Shown here piece after piece: positions 16,162 to 31,821 of a stretch of DNA of 64,000 nucleotides. The first letter of the stretch is position 1, and the number at the start of each line of letters is the position of its first letter. A program made the position numbers and the translations under genes. The stretch is from Eledone cirrhosa (lineage: Eukaryota), in the NCBI GenBank assembly GCA_964016885.1, contig OZ024741.1, forward strand, positions 107,136,001 through 107,200,000, in the 5' to 3' direction. The notes under the pieces were generated by a model. The model ran no database searches. It was not told where the DNA came from and saw only the letters and a program-made list of their open reading frames with translations.

Positions 16162-16195
<34 letters not shown>

Positions 16196-16599
16196 AGGGA
16201 GAGAGGGAGAGAGAGAGAGAGATGGTAGTTGCATATATACTTATATGAATGTATATATGTACACACACAGTCATATGTTTATATTTTGTTTTATGTAAGA
16301 ACACACATAATCACCGTGCATGTGAGCGCATATATAGATAAGTATACATGTATGTACATATGTATATATATCAACGTATATATTATATATAAATGCATAC
16401 ATATGTATATTCATGTTTTGTATATTTTTTCTGTTTATGTATGTATGTATCTCTGTGTATGGGTGTATGTGTCGAGTACTATAAGTGTGAGTGTGTGTGT
16501 GTATGCTTATGTGTGTGTGTGAGTGGTTAATCTAAAGCCAATGAAATATGACTGAAATTCATGTCAAACTGTCACAAGTAACATTTTACACCTTGTTTA

Positions 16600-16743
<144 letters not shown>

Positions 16744-16867
16744 TCAATGAAAGCCATATTTAATGTTTGTAGACGTGATATTTTTTGTTTTGTTTTGTAA
16801 AAAATTCTGTTTCAGTTTTATCCTCGAAATATTAACCTGTTTATAATTTATGAACTTCCCTCTGATA

Positions 16868-17035
16868 ATAGTTTCTGATTAAGGTATTAGGCCAACAATT
16901 TATAGGGAAGGGAACTTCGATTAAAACCACCCCAGTGTATTACTGTTACTTTATATTATCGACCCCGTAAGGATTAAAGGGATAGCTAACCTTGGCTGGG
17001 TTTGAATTGAACTCAGAACGTAAATGGACATAACT
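16868..17035 (-). mobile_element. Diverged SINE family 1
   Basis: tactttatattatcgaccccgtaaggat..aaagg...tgaactcagaacgtaaa. Confidence 0.75.
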
Positions 17036-17339
17036 CTTTCTGTGACAATGGTCGTCGCTTTGTTTACATACTGTAAAGCCTAAGACACATTTTGAGCTGT
17101 TACAACTGACCGTGGTTCCATATTCTCACTACTATCATTTCCAACAGGATATTGATTCATCATCATGAAGTCTTCATTAGACATTTCTTTCCAATGTTGT
17201 TCAATAACTCCACCATATCTTCTTCATTTATTTCATTAAATGTCACCTGGTGTACCAGCGCAACACATCCTGATCAATATTGTTGGTATTGGCTCTTCAA
17301 AATCTAGGAATTATCCAATGCTGTCAGGATCGATGTAAC

Positions 17340-17540
17340 CCAGACAAGAATTATTGTTGCAGCTCCGATACTATGGACAGGTAGTTAGAATGTCAGAGGA
17401 AAGAATCGTTGGGCAGATCTTACGAGCAAAACCAAACGACAGGAGACTCAAGGGTAGACCGCTGAGTAAGATGGTTAGTTAGACAACATCCATGAGCTCG
17501 GCTTGTCTCGCTAGGGGTACCAGCTGGAGTTGCTTCTGAC
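17340..17540 (+). pseudogene. RTE-clade LINE ORF C-terminal relic
   Basis: From 17360: QLRYYGQVVRMSEERIVGQILRAKPNDRRLKGRP, resembling the RTE motif LRWxGHVxRMxxxR...RxxGRPxxRW. Confidence 0.7.
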
Positions 17541-17796
17541 AGGAACCGCTAGAAGGCGTCATTGGGGTCATTGCCCCCCCCCCCCCCCCCCGACCCCTTC
17601 CCCTCCCACGGAATAATTGGGCGAAGAAGAAGAGAATGGAATACTTTATTGTGGTTGTTATCACATCTCACAATGCCAGTGTCAAGTTTTTAATACTTTT
17701 CATGATAGGTAACCACACACAAATTTCAGTTTCACCATCTAGGAACTTAATCAATTACCTAAAAGTGCCCCTAATTAAAGTAGGCTTCTGAATGTA

Positions 17797-18012
17797 ATAA
17801 TTGTTTCTGATTTAGGCAGATGGCCAGCAATTTTGCGGTAGGAAAAGTCGATTAGAGTGATCCCAGTATGTTAATGATACTTTATATTATCGACCTCATA
17901 AGGATGAAAAGCTAACGTCGACAGTATTTGAACTCAGAACGTAAAAGGCTGTTACTTTATGTCTGAAAACATATTGTCCGACGCTCTCCCATTATTGCCC
18001 ATTCACCGCCCT
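17797..18012 (-). mobile_element. Diverged SINE family 1
   Basis: Reverse complement of head, core and tail recognisable. Confidence 0.75.
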
Positions 18013-19185
18013 TTCGAATGTAATAATAACTCCTAGGTCCATAGGTTGATTAAGCTTGTATTTAGAGACGGAAATGTTACTTGATCATGATCTGTCATGT
18101 CATCCATGTTAGCTGTTTTAGGATAGTCACACTTTCTTTCGTAGCTTTGATTCCTCTTGCAGTTTTGTCCCTTTTTTTAGAAATGTGAGTTCATCTTTTG
18201 CATTTACAATGCATTAATGCAATTTAGTTATTAGTTTTATTTTTCATAATATATTTTATATTTTAAGTAGCGTCTCATTTTAAAGGAAATAAATTTCAGT
18301 GAAGTAGACGAGAATAGATATATAAAGATTGTAACTTAGGTGACGATCCTGAAATGAAAGAAGTTAAATGATATATATCTTTTCTTATCATCGTTTGTAA
18401 TCTACATTTTACTGTAAAGCAAAATGTAACAGGTGACACGAGACAGAAATGAATAAAATCAAATAAAAATTCAGTATGTTAGAAATTCATATAGGGATTT
18501 ATATTTCATAGTGTTAGGTTATATATTTCATCAAACATTATAACAAATCTGCTTCAAACGAAACAACTCTAGGTGAGGACTGCTTCTTTATCAATTATAG
18601 TAGACTTTTCCCCTAGTTAATGCGTTTTACTTTAATGAATTCTACATTTTTTCTTCATTTCAACATATACGTAGATGTAGATATATGAATATAGTAAGTA
18701 ATTATAAAGACAAACACACACTTTATTAATTTGATTACTACGGGATAATAAAATGTTCACCATTAAAACCAATGCAACAACAGTTGTTGAGAGTGATGTA
18801 ATAATATTGAACACAACATATTTGTTTATGATTAACAAAAATCGGTTGTGTTCAGACCTAAGCGATGGGTTTCACTCGGGCTAAAATATGCATCCCTACA
18901 ACACCATTAAGAATGCCGGGAATATATATATATACATATGTATAAATATACACACATACACACACACACACATATATATGTACGTAAAAATATATATGTA
19001 TATATATATATATTAAAAAATTCATCATTTTACGATCGTATCTAGGATATATATGTGTGTGTTGGTATATATGTGTGTGTTGGTATCATATAGATCTATG
19101 TAAACATTTTACAAAATATCACAGGAAATATACATACCTACACATATATATACTGTCTTCAGAAATAATGTATATATATATATAC

Positions 19186-19579
<394 letters not shown>

Positions 19580-19710
19580 ACTTTGGGAGGGTCATGTTGC
19601 CAATAAGAAACACACGCACCAGTTGTTTTCACTGTATATATATGTGTCTGTATATATATGTGTGTGTATATATATTTATACATGCATATATATATATATA
19701 TATATATATT

Positions 19711-20051
19711 TAAAAGAATAGAGGTGTAACACACAAGTTATGATATATTGGTAAACGGAATAGAAAATGGTGACAAATTGTTCACAGTGAAAAATAGTTT
19801 AATTAGGAATAAGTGATAATTAGTAATAGTATTGGTTAGTATTAAGTTTTGGTTTTAAGTTTTACCGGTTGCGCATTTCTAATGCTTTTCAAAAATAATT
19901 TTGAGATAGAGCGTCCGAGATGTTTGCTCTGATCTGGTCAGAACTTAAAACCAAAACTTAATACTAACCAATACTATTACTAATTATCACTTATGCCTAA
20001 TTAAACTATTTTTCACTGTGAACAATTTGTCAGCATTTTCTAATCCGTTTA

Positions 20052-20060
<9 letters not shown>
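19711..20060. mobile_element. Asymmetric fold-back element with about 118-bp arms
   Basis: Arms 19743-19861 and 19942-20060; tail on the left; arm translates [13 protein letters not shown], like the LKPxLN end of Penelope endonucleases. Confidence 0.75.
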
Positions 20061-20150
<90 letters not shown>

Positions 20151-20303
20151 ACATATACATGTATATATATATACATATATATGTATACATATATATGTAT
20201 ATATATATATATATACATACATATATATGTATATATATGTATATATATGTATACATATATATATGTATATATATATACATATATATATATACATATATAT
20301 ATG

Positions 20304-20352
<49 letters not shown>

Positions 20353-20353
20353 G

Positions 20354-20385
<32 letters not shown>

Positions 20386-20391
20386 TGTATA

Positions 20392-20483
<92 letters not shown>

Positions 20484-20570
20484 CATACACACACATATAT
20501 ATACATATATATATGCATATATATATATATATGCATATATATATATATATAATATATATATAATATATAC

Positions 20571-20965
20571 AATATATTAATAAATGGAAACTATATTTAT
20601 AAAACCATAATTATTTTAGATAAAATACAGATTTATTTTATAAATAAATATTGACATACCCGGAAAAAAAGGCAACCTCAACGGTTGAAATTCGGTGGAT
20701 AGTCTATCCAGCGAATTTCAACCGTTGAGGTTGCCTTTTTTTCCGGGTATGTCAATATTTATTTATAAAATAAATCTGTATTTTATCTGATGAAAGCGCA
20801 CCATAATTTACCTTGGTCGCCCTTGAAATATATATAATAAAATAATTATGGGTTTATAAATATAGTTTCCATTTATTAATATATTGTATATTTACTCCAC
20901 TAATTTGTTGAGTGCTTTATATCAGTTATAAAAATGTTTAAGCTTGTTGAATTAAATATAACCTC

Positions 20966-20968
<3 letters not shown>
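20571..20968. mobile_element. Asymmetric fold-back element, family C
   Basis: Apex at about 20703; left arm lacks the ribozyme core; tail 20890-20968 with ttgagtgct. Confidence 0.85.
20779..20844 (+). ncRNA. Minimal type I hammerhead ribozyme
   Basis: tattttat CTGATGA aagcgcacca..tggtcgccctt GAAA tatata TA^ ataaaata; perfect 8-bp stem I; predicted cut after 20836. Confidence 0.88.
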
Positions 20969-21029
<61 letters not shown>

Positions 21030-21178
21030 TTCATACATAAGAAGGTTTGCTACATGCAAGCCGGAATCGCGCTAGGTGTCGCAGTCGGTTTCTTTTATTA
21101 CCACTCTACTCCTTAGCATGCATAAAGTCCTACTCTGATTTCTGATCGCCCCAGTCACGGCACCACACGCTCTCGATG

Positions 21179-21210
<32 letters not shown>

Positions 21211-21441
21211 TATACATATAAATAATTATATGTACATATATATTTACATATAAGCACACACACACACCTATATATATACATACATCTATATTTATATATA
21301 TATATATTTGTAACTGACTACTAAACTGAAATATATATATATATATATAATAAATCTGCCCCCCCCCCCCCCACTCTCAAGAGCGTGAAACTAATAAACC
21401 TTTGTTCGTACTGCCTCTCTGTTTTGTTCCCGTTCCATTTT

Positions 21442-21484
<43 letters not shown>

Positions 21485-22111
21485 CAATGCATATACATTC
21501 TAATATTCACTTATTCTACATTACTTATTAATGTATTCTATTATGAAGACTTTCGTCAAAATTCCGTTATCACTTCATTGATACAAATGCCACTACACCA
21601 TAAATGAAACCAATATTCTATAATCATTCTAACAGGCATAATTATCATTATGTTAATAACATTACATGCATTATGAAAGTTATATGAATTAATTTTATAG
21701 TATGAATTAATTTTTCAGATATTTTGATATGTAGTATCTTAATATATTAAATAAAATTTCATCAATTTATAATTTAATGAATTTTTATGTTAAGAGTGTT
21801 AAGGAATGTGTGTAATAAATAAAAGGTTAATGGGATGTTATTTATAATTTCGTCTTTATTGTATTGTATATTGTATATTATAGTAGAAGACAGTTTTAAT
21901 GTAGAGTGGGACAATATGTTTATACAAAATAGCTAAGAATTTGCAAAACTTAGAAAATGTTTAGAACATTTTAAAATTCTGCTAGAAGAAATCAGTACTG
22001 TGAATGCTCTAATATTCATAATAAAACAAAAATAGTTTCACCAGCATCGATGAAATTTAAGGTGGAGATTGATAAAGACGAAATTTAGGAGAAAAAATTA
22101 TATATATATAT

Positions 22112-22160
<49 letters not shown>

Positions 22161-22264
22161 CTTGTATTATTATTATATCGCCGAGGTTAACTTCGGCTTT
22201 CATCCTTACGGGGTCGATAAAATAAAGTACCAGTAATTCACTGAAATAATTGAAAGATTTTTTA

Positions 22265-22384
22265 CTTCAATAAATTTGAAGACTAAAATCCAAAGAAGGA
22301 TCGATAAGGATAAATAAAGTTTCAGAAGAACCCGTTAAGGGTGAAAGCAGCGATTCTTTGCTTAAACTTTAATCTGTTATTTTA

Positions 22385-22440
<56 letters not shown>

Positions 22441-22462
22441 TAAAATAACAGATTAAAGCATA

Positions 22463-22531
<69 letters not shown>

Positions 22532-22587
22532 TTTCTGAAATAACATAATGATATATATATATATGTGTATATATATGTATATATTTG

Positions 22588-22643
<56 letters not shown>

Positions 22644-22699
22644 AATATATATATACATATTAGAGTGAGAAATGAAATTTCGTTTTCATTTTATTACAA

Positions 22700-22760
<61 letters not shown>

Positions 22761-22809
22761 ACACATATATATATATATATATATACATACATATATGCAT
22801 ATATATGTA

Positions 22810-22882
<73 letters not shown>

Positions 22883-23038
22883 TTATTAAAATAACAGATT
22901 AAAGTTTAAGCGAGGAATCGCTGCTTTCACCCTCAACGGGATCTTCTGAAACTCATTTGCTCTACGGTTCTTATATATTTGATATATATTTATCCTTATC
23001 GAGCCCAGTTTGGATTTTAGTCTTGAAATTTATTATTA

Positions 23039-23040
<2 letters not shown>
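22265..23040. mobile_element. Inverted pair of family E repeats separated by (TA)n
   Basis: 22265-22390 versus 22881-23040; more copies at about 22437, 26241, 48948; cagaaga.cccgtt.agggt.GAAA is a degenerate hammerhead-like motif. Confidence 0.65.
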
Positions 23041-23082
<42 letters not shown>

Positions 23083-23893
23083 TATATACATATATATGTA
23101 CATATATACACATATATATATATATATACTTACACACTCACTAATATAAAAATCTCTTTCTACAGAACTAGAACTGTGTATATATATATGCATATATCTA
23201 TATATAGATATATATATAGATGCATATATCTACATCTCTCTCTCTATATATATAGATATATGCATATATATGTATATATATATATCTTCATTGGAAATTT
23301 AAGACGCTGGTCTGAGACTTTTACTTCCCTCCGAAGAAGAGATATTATCTCGAAAATTAAGGACATTTAAATAAATTCAAGGTGAAAGACGAATTCTCAT
23401 CAATATCTCTCACTATTGCATCCTTTTTCTATGTCCATATCTGCATTTTCTTGGCCTTATTACACATATTCTAACGTTTATATATATATATATATATACA
23501 CACACATACATTGCACTTAAGCAATTTCCGTCTACCAAAACGTATTGACAACGCACTGGTCTAGTAGGAAACTCATCTTCAATGGTACTGAACTCAGAAA
23601 CACGTGGATGTGAAGAGAACGTTAATCTCATTGTATATACTATATGTCTTTTCCACTCGGTATCGTTCTTACATTTGTGTTTATTACTTACTGTCATCGT
23701 TCATGAGTCTGCTTTGATGAAGTGTAGAAGCCGAAACGTCAAATCAACTTTTTTTAATGTTTATTGTTCTTAGTTTTGAGAATATATTTTGACAACGACT
23801 TGTTTTCTCTTATCAATTTGTTTTCAACTTTTGATGCCATTGTTTTAAACTTGCTACCCCGTCGTTTTGAGGTGGCCCGACCAATACACACGC

Positions 23894-23974
<81 letters not shown>

Positions 23975-24326
23975 CATGTACACACATATATATATGTATG
24001 TGTGTGTGTATATATACATACATATATATATATATGTGTATGTGCGTGTGTGTGTATATATGTATATATATATATATGTATATATATGTGTGTGTGTATA
24101 TATATGTATATATATATATATTTGTGTGTGTGTATATATGTATATATATTGTGTGTATATATGTATATATATATGTGTGTGTATATATATATATGTGTAT
24201 ATATGTATATATATATATGTGTGTATATATATATATATGTCTGTGTGAGTATATATATATATGTGTGTGTGTGTATATATGTATATATATATGTGTGTGT
24301 ATATATATATGTGAGTGTGTTAGTGT

Positions 24327-24386
<60 letters not shown>

Positions 24387-24726
24387 TTATATGTATATAT
24401 ATATGTGTGTATATATGTATATATATATGTGTGTATATATATATATGTGTATATATGTATATATATATATGTGTGTATATATATATATATATGTGTGTGT
24501 GTGTATATATATATATGTGTGTGTGTGTATATATGTATATATATATATGTGTGTGTATATATATATATGTGTGAGTGTGTATATATATATATATATATAT
24601 ATATGTGCGTGTGTGTGTATATATGTATATATATATGTGTGTATATATGTATATATATATGTGTGTATATATATATATGTGTATATATGTATATATATAT
24701 ATGTGTGTATATATATATATGTGTGA

Positions 24727-24766
<40 letters not shown>

Positions 24767-25066
24767 GCAAATATAACATTCACAGGGAGATTCAGTATGA
24801 CATAGTTACAAACATTTATTTCCATCAGAATCAATTGAAGCAACATGATATCTAGTATCTGGCTCAAGAACCTAATGTGCCGACGGGAATCGAACTCATG
24901 ACCTTTGGAGCATAGCCTTTCACCTTCATATGTATATACCTAAATACATACTTTCCTATCCTATAGAGTCTTACATAATGTAATATATAAAATAATTCTA
25001 ATTTCAGATGTAGGAAAGTATTCTCAGCCACGGGAGTGTTTGATACATTATTGTACACACACACAC

Positions 25067-25148
<82 letters not shown>

Positions 25149-25232
25149 ACACATACACACACATATATATATATATATATATGTGTATGTGTATCTCTCT
25201 ATCTCTCTATCTATCTCTATATATATATACAT

Positions 25233-25309
<77 letters not shown>

Positions 25310-25423
25310 TAAGATGTATGGTAGGTCGTATGTGAATCGCGATGATATATATATATATATAAAGATATATATGTATGTATATACATATTTATATAAATAT
25401 ATATATATAAAAATATACATACA

Positions 25424-25502
<79 letters not shown>

Positions 25503-25620
25503 ATAAATACACACTCACATATATATATATATAAATATAAATGCATATATGTATGTGTGTGTTTTTATGTATAAATATATATATGCATGTATATATATGG
25601 ATGTTTGTGGATATGGATGG

Positions 25621-25659
<39 letters not shown>

Positions 25660-26016
25660 AACCATCCATATCAATATATATATATATATATATACATACA
25701 TACATACATATATATAAAGTTATTATGCATATATATATGTGAATACCTAAGTATTGCGGTATATTCTCACCTAATATATTCCATACAATAATGAAGCTAC
25801 CTATGAGAAATATGTTATAATTGTTCTTCTTTTTCAACTCTATACAGCTGTTATTATTTTGCTGTAAGATCCAAACAATTCATAGAATGACATATTGTAG
25901 AGAACAACAGAATCAATAACACTAAGTAGTAGACTAAATATTCCATTAATTTTTTTTACTGGTATTGTAAAATATATTTATATATAGTATGTTTTGAAAC
26001 AGTGAGCAGGTTTGAA

Positions 26017-26191
26017 ATTAGTAAACAGGATAGCTTTCACCGTATTTTTGACTAAAGGAATTTTAGCCTGATAATGTGGTTTATTGACGTCATTACTCAT
26101 CTTTTTCCATTTATCTGAGGGTTCTAAACCCCATTATCAGGCTAAAATTCCTTTAGTCAAAAATACGGTGAAAGCTATTCTATTTTCTAAT
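26017..26191. repeat. Fold-back inverted repeat (about 65-bp arms)
   Basis: tagctttcaccgtatttttgactaaaggaattttagcctgataatg and its reverse complement at about 26132-26177. Confidence 0.85.
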
Positions 26192-26329
26192 ATTTATATA
26201 TGTTTTCTAATATATCCTGCGTTGAATATATATATATATATTTATTAAAATAACAGATTAAAGTTAAAGCAAAGAATCGCTGCTTTCACCCTTAACGATT
26301 TTAGTCTTCACATTTGTTATCATCATTAT

Positions 26330-26567
26330 AGTTCAAATCCCGCCGAGGTTAATTTTGCTTTTCATCCTTATGGGGTCGATAAAATAAAATACCAGTAATA
26401 CACTGGGTAATTTGCTGGCCTTGTGCCAAAAGTAGAACCAATTATTATTATTATTATTAAAATAATTATTAACTTTGCCTTTCATCCTTACAGGGTCGAT
26501 AAAATAAAGTACCAGTAATGTACTGGGTAATTGCTGGCCTTGTGCCTAAAGTAGAAACAATTATTAT

Positions 26568-26570
<3 letters not shown>
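26330..26570 (+). mobile_element. Two tandem 5'-truncated SINE family 1 copies
   Basis: 26330-26460 and 26469-26570, each with core and ATT tail. Confidence 0.88.
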
Positions 26571-26641
<71 letters not shown>

Positions 26642-26642
26642 A

Positions 26643-26910
26643 CTGTTATACTTGGGTAGGGTTATATTGTGGTAATAATTATTTCTACTTTTTGGCACAA
26701 AGCCAGCAATGACCCAGTGCATTACTGGTACTTTATTTTATCGACCCTGTAAGGATGAAAGGCAAAGTTGGAATAATATTGCCAGAAATAATAACAGAAC
26801 ACACTGTTATTATTTCTGGCAATATTATTACAACAATATAACCCTTATATAAGTATAATAATATTTTTTTCGATATACGATTTCAAATCAAAAACCTTGC
26901 AAAACAAATA
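26643..26910. mobile_element. Family F fold-back interrupted by a SINE family 1 fragment (26673-26771, - strand)
   Basis: aataatattgccagaaataataacag / ctgttattatttctggcaatattatt hairpin; outer left arm displaced by the SINE. Confidence 0.75.
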
Positions 26911-27071
26911 TATACATATGCATATATATATATATGCATATATATATATATATTATAAGGATATCTGTGTATATTTATGTATGACAAGCGCATATAATTA
27001 AATGCAAACATTATATATACATATAAATGTATATACACACCAACACGCGCACACACACATATATTTTTTTT

Positions 27072-27290
27072 AGGAACGATCGACTTTCGTCAAATCGGAC
27101 CGAGGGAACAATGTTTCCGTTGGTCTTTCCAATTGCTAATACTATCTATCGGTCGCAACTCCAGGTAGAAGGAGCAGCGTGAAATTAAGTGTCTTGCTCA
27201 AGGACATAACGCATCGCCTGGACCAGGAATCGAACTCACAACCTTACGATTGCGAATCGAATTCTCTAACCACTCAGCCACACGCCTTCA
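27072..27290 (-). mobile_element. tRNA-derived SINE family 2, near full length
   Basis: Minus strand: A box tggctgagtgg, B box gttcgattcc, then gtccttgagcaagacactt conserved-domain-like segment. Confidence 0.88.
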
Positions 27291-27314
27291 CATATATATA
27301 TATATAGTCTTCAA

Positions 27315-27566
<252 letters not shown>

Positions 27567-28125
27567 GATTTGAAGACTATATATATGTATATATATATAT
27601 GTATATATATATATTTATATATATATATATGGTGGCTGCCAACTCGTTTTCGAGTACGGCCACTACTTTATATCCATGTAGGAGAACCTCTACCGATGCG
27701 CTGAACGAGTGTGACTTTTTAGTCCAGCCTGCGACTTGAAAACTCTGTTACAAACACTACACTTGTGACAATTATTGACACATAGTGCTGGCCCCATGGT
27801 GCCATGTGACGACAAGTGCAGAGAGATATCCAGATATAAAGCAATGCCTGTGCCGTGAAGCTTTTATAGTGAGCAAAGGCACTGCACAAAGCCAGTCCCA
27901 CTCTCTTAACCAAGATGATATTTACCAAAAAAAAGAACAAGTTAACATCATTGGATACCATCAGGGTTGCAGGTGTTATATCATAGTTTTCCTTCTCCTA
28001 GAATTCTGCCTTGACAAAGGCTAAGGGGTCATCTCTCCCGGATATATGTATGACAAGCGCAAATAATTAAATGCGAACATTATATATACATATAAATGTA
28101 TATACACACCAACACGCGCACACAG

Positions 28126-28178
<53 letters not shown>

Positions 28179-28355
28179 CGCGTGTTGGTGTGTATATACA
28201 TTTATATGTATATATAATGTTCGCATTTAATTATATGCGCTTGTCATACATAAATATACACAGATATCCTTATAATGCACACGTTCATAAATATTCAGAT
28301 GCCACGAACATCCACACACAAACTTATGCACCTATATATATTTACAGTTAAAGTT

Positions 28356-28410
<55 letters not shown>

Positions 28411-28413
<3 letters not shown>

Positions 28414-28695
28414 TATCCCGGGTTCAATCGGGGGTAACCACAGTAAGTAAGGCACTCAAAATATACCAGAGTATAAATATTTAATATAGAATAGAAATGG
28501 CTTCTACAGGACTAGAGCTGATTCATTCGGGAGAACTCATCAGGAAGCCGGGTTAAGAGGGGCACAGTAAAGTGGTAAAATATATGTTTATCCCGGGATC
28601 AGTCGGAGGTAACCACAGTGAGTAAGGTACTCAAGGACTTCCTGATGATTTCTCCCGAATGAAACAGCTCTAGTCCTGTAGAAGCCATTTCTATA
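28411..28695. mobile_element. Family B fold-back with an extra tail copy captured in the spacer
   Basis: Arms 28491-28547 and 28638-28693; ggact tc CTGATGA tttctcccgaat GAAA cagc tc tagtcc at 28635-28676; tail duplicate at 28586-28634. Confidence 0.8.
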
Positions 28696-29309
28696 ATACA
28701 CTCTGTATAGCTCTACACCTCGACACTGAAGTGAACCTAAACATCGAGTGCTCACCCGGGTGAATCTACAGTAACTCCAAGTTACACTCCCTGGATATAT
28801 ATATATATGATGTGAGAAAGACTACAAACCCTCCATCTCAATTGTACTTTTAAAAAGCATAAGAACTGTGAAACCGGTAAAAGAGACAAATAAATATTCT
28901 TAAAAAGACTCCAGTTGCATTTTCGATTTCTTTTCCTTATACATATATATATGTATATACGTATTGTATATGCTGGTGGTTTGGTGCGTATGTGCATAAA
29001 TATGCATGTAAATATTTGCCCACATGTCTGTATATATATATATCTATGGCATCGACAACTTAGACTCAAAGCCAATATTACAGACATATTCCACAATGCT
29101 TCAAGCAAACTTCAATACTCTCATATATATATATGTCGGATTTTGCACTTTTCTAATGCTGCTCACACACACTCCAACGCCACCATCAACGCCGCCATCA
29201 CCACCACCCACATGACCACCACCATTAAACAAATCTATCTTTGATATTAAGATTGTAGGTGTGAGTCATAGCAGCAGGCATAAGGCAGCACTTATTACGA
29301 TCGTCATCT

Positions 29310-29712
29310 TGTTGAGAGCACGGTGGTGGTTGTGGTGGTGATGGTGTTTCTAGTAGTGATGGCTGTTGTTGTAGTTGTTGATGTTGTTGTTGCGGTGGTG
29401 ATGGTGTTGGTTGTATTGTTGTTGATTGTGGTGGGATTGATGGTGGTGCAGGTAATGGTGGTAGTGGTGATGGTTGTGAAGGTGGTTGTGGTGTCGGGAC
29501 TGATCATGGTCGTAGTGGTGATATTGTTGTTGTTGTAGTTGTTATTGTTGATGTGATGGTGGTGCTGGTGGTGATTGTACTTTTGGCGATGGTGGTGGCG
29601 GTGATGGTTTTGACGGTGGCTGCGGTGTCGGGGTTGATGGTGGTGGTGGTTGTTGTGATCATGGTCATAGTGGTGATATTGTTGTTGTCTTTGTTGGTGG
29701 TGTTGTTGGTGA
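29310..29712. repeat. Degenerate (GTG/GTT)n trinucleotide repeat
   Basis: Direct reading; gives poly-V/poly-T pseudo-ORFs. Confidence 0.9.
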
Positions 29713-30499
29713 CTGGAAGATATTCCGTGTCTGTGTGTTAGACTGGCTCTTCAATATCTTCCTGTTATTTACTTCACTCCACCTACATCGCTTACTACAT
29801 ACGATCATACACACACACACACACATGCACCAGTACACACGTCCACCTTGGCGTAATCTTTAATGTGTCGTTTAAGATCATCTACACAACATCCAAATAT
29901 CTTGGTGCATCTGCCAGACATCTGCTCAGCTATTTTCACCATAGATATTATTGTTACACAGACACACAGTCACTTAGACACATATACGCACGGATACACA
30001 GACACATAAACACATCTATGTGCTTACATACACTCAATACACAAAGTGCCCCCCCCCCCATTTCCCGCCCCCCGCCCCCCGCCCCCCACTCACACACAAG
30101 CCTCCCCCCATATATATATATATATACTATATATCTATCTATCTACCTATGTATATATGATGTATGCATGCATGCATGTATGTATGTATCTATCTATCTA
30201 TTTATCTATTTATCTATCTTTATTTATTTATTTATTTATATACATATGTATAGTGAAAATGTGAACAAGACAGAATATTTATTTATTATAAATTGTGTAC
30301 CTGATATTATATCTGCAACCAAAGTTTTCATGAGATAACAAAGCATGCAGAACTGCAAGCCATGGTTGTTTTCATATCAGGGGAAGGGGTACACACGCAC
30401 ACATACACACACACACGTACACACACACACATACACACACACACGCACGCAAGCACACCCATCCACCACACACACACACACACTTATTTATATATGTCT

Positions 30500-30700
30500 A
30501 AATAATTTCTACAGGACTAGAGCTGTTTGATGCGCACGTCCACTGCCCATTACTGATGATTTCATACGAATGAAACAGTCCTGTAGGAATCATTTCTATA
30601 TATAAGATGCCCTATACTCTGCCAATGTATTGAGTACCTTTTTTTAACAGTGGTTAACCCCCCCCCCCCCCCCCCCTCCGACACAACTTAGGAATCCATA
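30500..30700. mobile_element. Diverged family B fold-back
   Basis: tctacaggactagagctgttt ... CTGATGAtttcatacgaatGAAAcagtcctgtag; tail with ttgagtacc. Confidence 0.7.
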
Positions 30701-31160
30701 TAAATACACACACACACACATATATATATATTTTACTATTTCTCTCCTTTCTATATATTTTCCTCCTTTGGCTAAGCCCTTGCGCACTGTTCTCACCCTT
30801 CTTTCTTAGTTACCGCACTTAGAGCAATTTTTCTTCTATATTTGTGTAATTTTCCTCAAGGCATAACTTCTCTCTACCTGTTTTGTTATGTCCCAATGTG
30901 CACTGGAATGAATTGTATCACCCGTAATACACCGATACTGTAATGATTTCCAGAGGTTGACTGAGATGGGATTTTCCATCTTTCAGTTGTTTTTTCCAAT
31001 GCCATTGTCCTGTGTACCCCTAATTTTGAATATATATATTTATTCAAAATTAGGGGTACACAGGACAATGATATTGGAAAAAGACAACTGAAAGATTCAA
31101 AATTTGGGGTACACAGGACAATGACATTGGGAAAAAACAACTGAAAGATGGACCCCCCCC

Positions 31161-31208
<48 letters not shown>

Positions 31209-31584
31209 TTCGTCTCAAATAATTTAAGGCATCTCAATGGAAAGCTAAACGGATGAAGATTGTATATAAGTAAAAATGACTTATTTTACTTTATCTAGCT
31301 TGTATCCCACCAAATCGAAATGCTGGCCTAAATGTTTATAGATGTATATTGACGAGGTTATTGGAAATATTCGCTATAATCCCTTTTTCTCACAATTACT
31401 AATTCAAAAGTATCTCATGGTGTTAACCAAGTGTATATTCGTAACGTGGCAGTAACATGTGCTTGTCCGGACGCCAGGGTCTCTGTTAATGCATCAAACT
31501 TCGAAAATGGGAGATTTGTTTCTCGATTGAAGGTTACATTTGTAAACAATTGTAAAACATCAAATCCTTATCTATCTCAATTTG

Positions 31585-31800
<216 letters not shown>

Positions 31801-31821
31801 TTGTGTGCGTGCATATATATA

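Noticed and set aside
29304-29741. Poly-Thr (mucin-like) or poly-Val (membrane-like) ORFs; also 16548-16763 and 46040-46473
   Set aside because: Trinucleotide simple repeats open in several frames; no unique coding flanks
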